Below the pieces are notes generated by a model. That model worked only from the letters and a program-made list of their open reading frames with translations, had not been told where the DNA came from and did no database searches. Shown here piece by piece: positions 62,265-64,000 of a stretch of 64,000 nt of DNA (positions within the stretch are counted from its first letter, which is position 1; the number at the start of each line of letters is the position of its first letter). The stretch covers positions 579,100-643,099 of the forward strand of contig CAJFCJ010000011.1 of the NCBI GenBank assembly GCA_904063045.1. Direction: 5' to 3'. The DNA comes from Dimorphilus gyrociliatus. Lineage: Eukaryota > Animalia > Annelida. Position numbers and translations under genes: made by a program.

Positions 62265-64000
62265 CTATCTGGACTCTATGCAGTCAGCAGTTTTTGTAAG
62301 CTTAATTGTATCAATGGCAATATCTCCGGAATAGCCTTTGGCTCTCCATGCTCCAAAGGTAATCTGGGTATAGGAATCAAACTTATACATATTTCTTAAA
62401 AAAATCTATTTCTTACTTTGTCATTGTAATCTAAACTTATAGAAACTGTGGCTTTCCTCCAAATTGTACTTGTTGTTTGTTGTTTACTTAAGGCCCAAAC
62501 CTCTTCAAGTTTGTTGGCTGATTCTTTAAAAATTGATAGTTTACCAATATGAAATCCATACATGTTGTACATAAATTCTAGGCAGTGTTGTCCTCCAGAA
62601 CTTAATGCCGGAGTGGAAATTCTAAGAATATTTAGAGTTTAGAGATTATAAAAAGGTTCCATTTCCTATAATAATACTTACAGTGCATAATCACGATTAT
62701 TTTTATTGGTGGCTTCAATGTAAAGGTAAAAAGGTAAGGAATCTGCTTCTCTCGGACCTGTTTTAGAAGATTTTGTCTCGCCAGAATGAATTGTCCAATC
62801 AAACTTATCTTCATCAGATTGAATCATATTGCAAAGAGTTTTCTGACCACTCTCCGTTTCGAAACTGCAGGAAAAAACTATTAGGTCACCTTTAGTTGTT
62901 TGCAAAGTTGAAGTTTGAGATTCTGTTGTGCTTTCGAAAAAAACTGAATCGCTTTGTGTTGATAATGACGGAATCGTTGTTATCTGGTAAGTTGTCTGTT
63001 TCGAGGTATTTTCGGTTGTTTCTGATTTTGAATCAAAAGCTGTAGAGATTTTAGAAGTATCAGTTGTAGATGGAGCTAATGTTGATTTTAAGTCTTTGAA
63101 AGTAGAAGGATTACTTTGTGTTTCTTCTACAGACAATTCATTTGTTGTGATGTCATTTTTACCGACTGAGACTGAGAACTTTGTTGAAGATGTTTCGTGT
63201 TGAATTTCTGTTGTTTCTCTATACGTATTTGTTTGAGACGCCGATGACGACGACGATGATGATTCTGTTGACATACTTGGGGTTTCAGTTGAAGGTGAAG
63301 ACATATTAAATAATGATGTGGTCAAAGTAGTTGGGAATTTCGTTGAAATTGTAGTGTCTACTGTTGATTCATCTTTGTAAAGTGAAGTTGTTTGGGAAGA
63401 ATCTGTCTTGGAATGGGAATTTTGCGTAAAATACGTGGTAAAACTTTTTTCTGTTGATTTTTTTGTCGTAATTTTATTTTTTTTATTAGTTGTCGCCAAC
63501 GGAAGAAGAGTCCAATATGTAGTGTCAATTCTTTCTGTAACGGCTGCAGGAGTTTTTGAAGTAGTTTCTTTAATTAGTGTGGACAGGTTCATTGTCATTG
63601 TGGATTGTTCTGGATCCTCCTTTGTACTTGTCATCAAAGGAGTAGAAAATTCTGTGACAATATTGCTTGTAACTGAATCTGCCGTAGATTGTTTTAGACT
63701 CGTTTCTCTATTTGTTATTTTAGACGTAAACGATTCGGTTGGAGGGTCTGTCTTAACTGAAGCTGTTGTAGATATCCCTAGCGTTGTTTCTTTAGTTGTT
63801 GAAATTAATACATCAGGATTTCTATGGCATATTTTAGATTGTATCCAACTAATAACAGACTTCTCATTCAGCGTCTTGAAATTTCTTAACCATATAGTAT
63901 TATCGCCATAGGGCTCCGAAATTAATGGTCCTAATTCTTTCCATCTAACATATCGTGATATACTAACTATGACTACTTTAACACCAAGCTCCTTGAGTTT
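62265..64000 (-). CDS. MAM domain-containing Ser/Thr-rich mucin-like protein. 3' part only; the gene continues beyond the window end.
   Basis: The C-terminal exons encode a MAM domain: DLIVFSCSFETESGQKTLCNMIQSDEDKFDWTIHSGETKSSKTGPREADSLPFYLYIEA...; ...CLEFMYNMYGFHIGKLSIFKESANKLEEVWAL...; ...YTQITFGAWRAKGYSGDIAIDTIKLTKTADCIESR*. These are preceded (63637-64000 and beyond) by a long S/T-rich, likely O-glycosylated region. Confidence 0.6.

Noticed and set aside
63408-63911. 167-aa plus-strand ORF
   Set aside because: It is antisense to the Ser/Thr-rich coding region of the MAM/mucin gene. Low-complexity codon composition keeps the opposite strand open. The V/S/F-rich product is an artifact.
1-64000. 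CRISPR arrays, prokaryotic operons, IS elements, or obvious LTR/TIR transposons
   Set aside because: There is no direct-repeat and spacer periodicity, no terminal inverted repeats or LTR pairs, and no reverse transcriptase or transposase-like ORFs. The only repeats are short microsatellites and coding low-complexity repeats.

Overview
This 64 kb window is gene-dense, AT-rich eukaryotic (metazoan) DNA with about 30 protein-coding genes on both strands, plus two adjacent tRNA-Val genes. Introns are short (about 40-110 nt) with canonical GT..AG boundaries, and intergenic spacers are mostly under 1 kb. I saw no prokaryotic operon structure, CRISPR array or obvious transposon. Gene calls rest on splice signals and on alignment of translated exons to proteins I can recall. 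In the supplied ORF track, a leading M can stand for an alternative start codon (e.g. TTG, GTG), so exon ends and start codons are approximate. Recognisable conserved genes are TIMM50, SMG9, FNTB, CNRIP1, CCDC13, an hnRNP M/MYEF2-like gene, UTP15, POLR3E, a zDHHC palmitoyltransferase, ARID4, MLF, a UBX protein, SUCO, TRMT6, a TANGO6-like gene, a C-terminal-BAH chromatin protein and a MAM-domain mucin-like protein. The most unusual element is an intron-containing gene at 9751-11372 whose protein aligns along most of its length with bacterial PvcA (DIT1/PvcA isocyanide synthase family). It sits between conserved metazoan genes and is a strong candidate for a horizontally acquired, domesticated secondary-metabolism gene. 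A second point of interest is a block of large genes without recognisable homology at about 32.5-42.3 kb.
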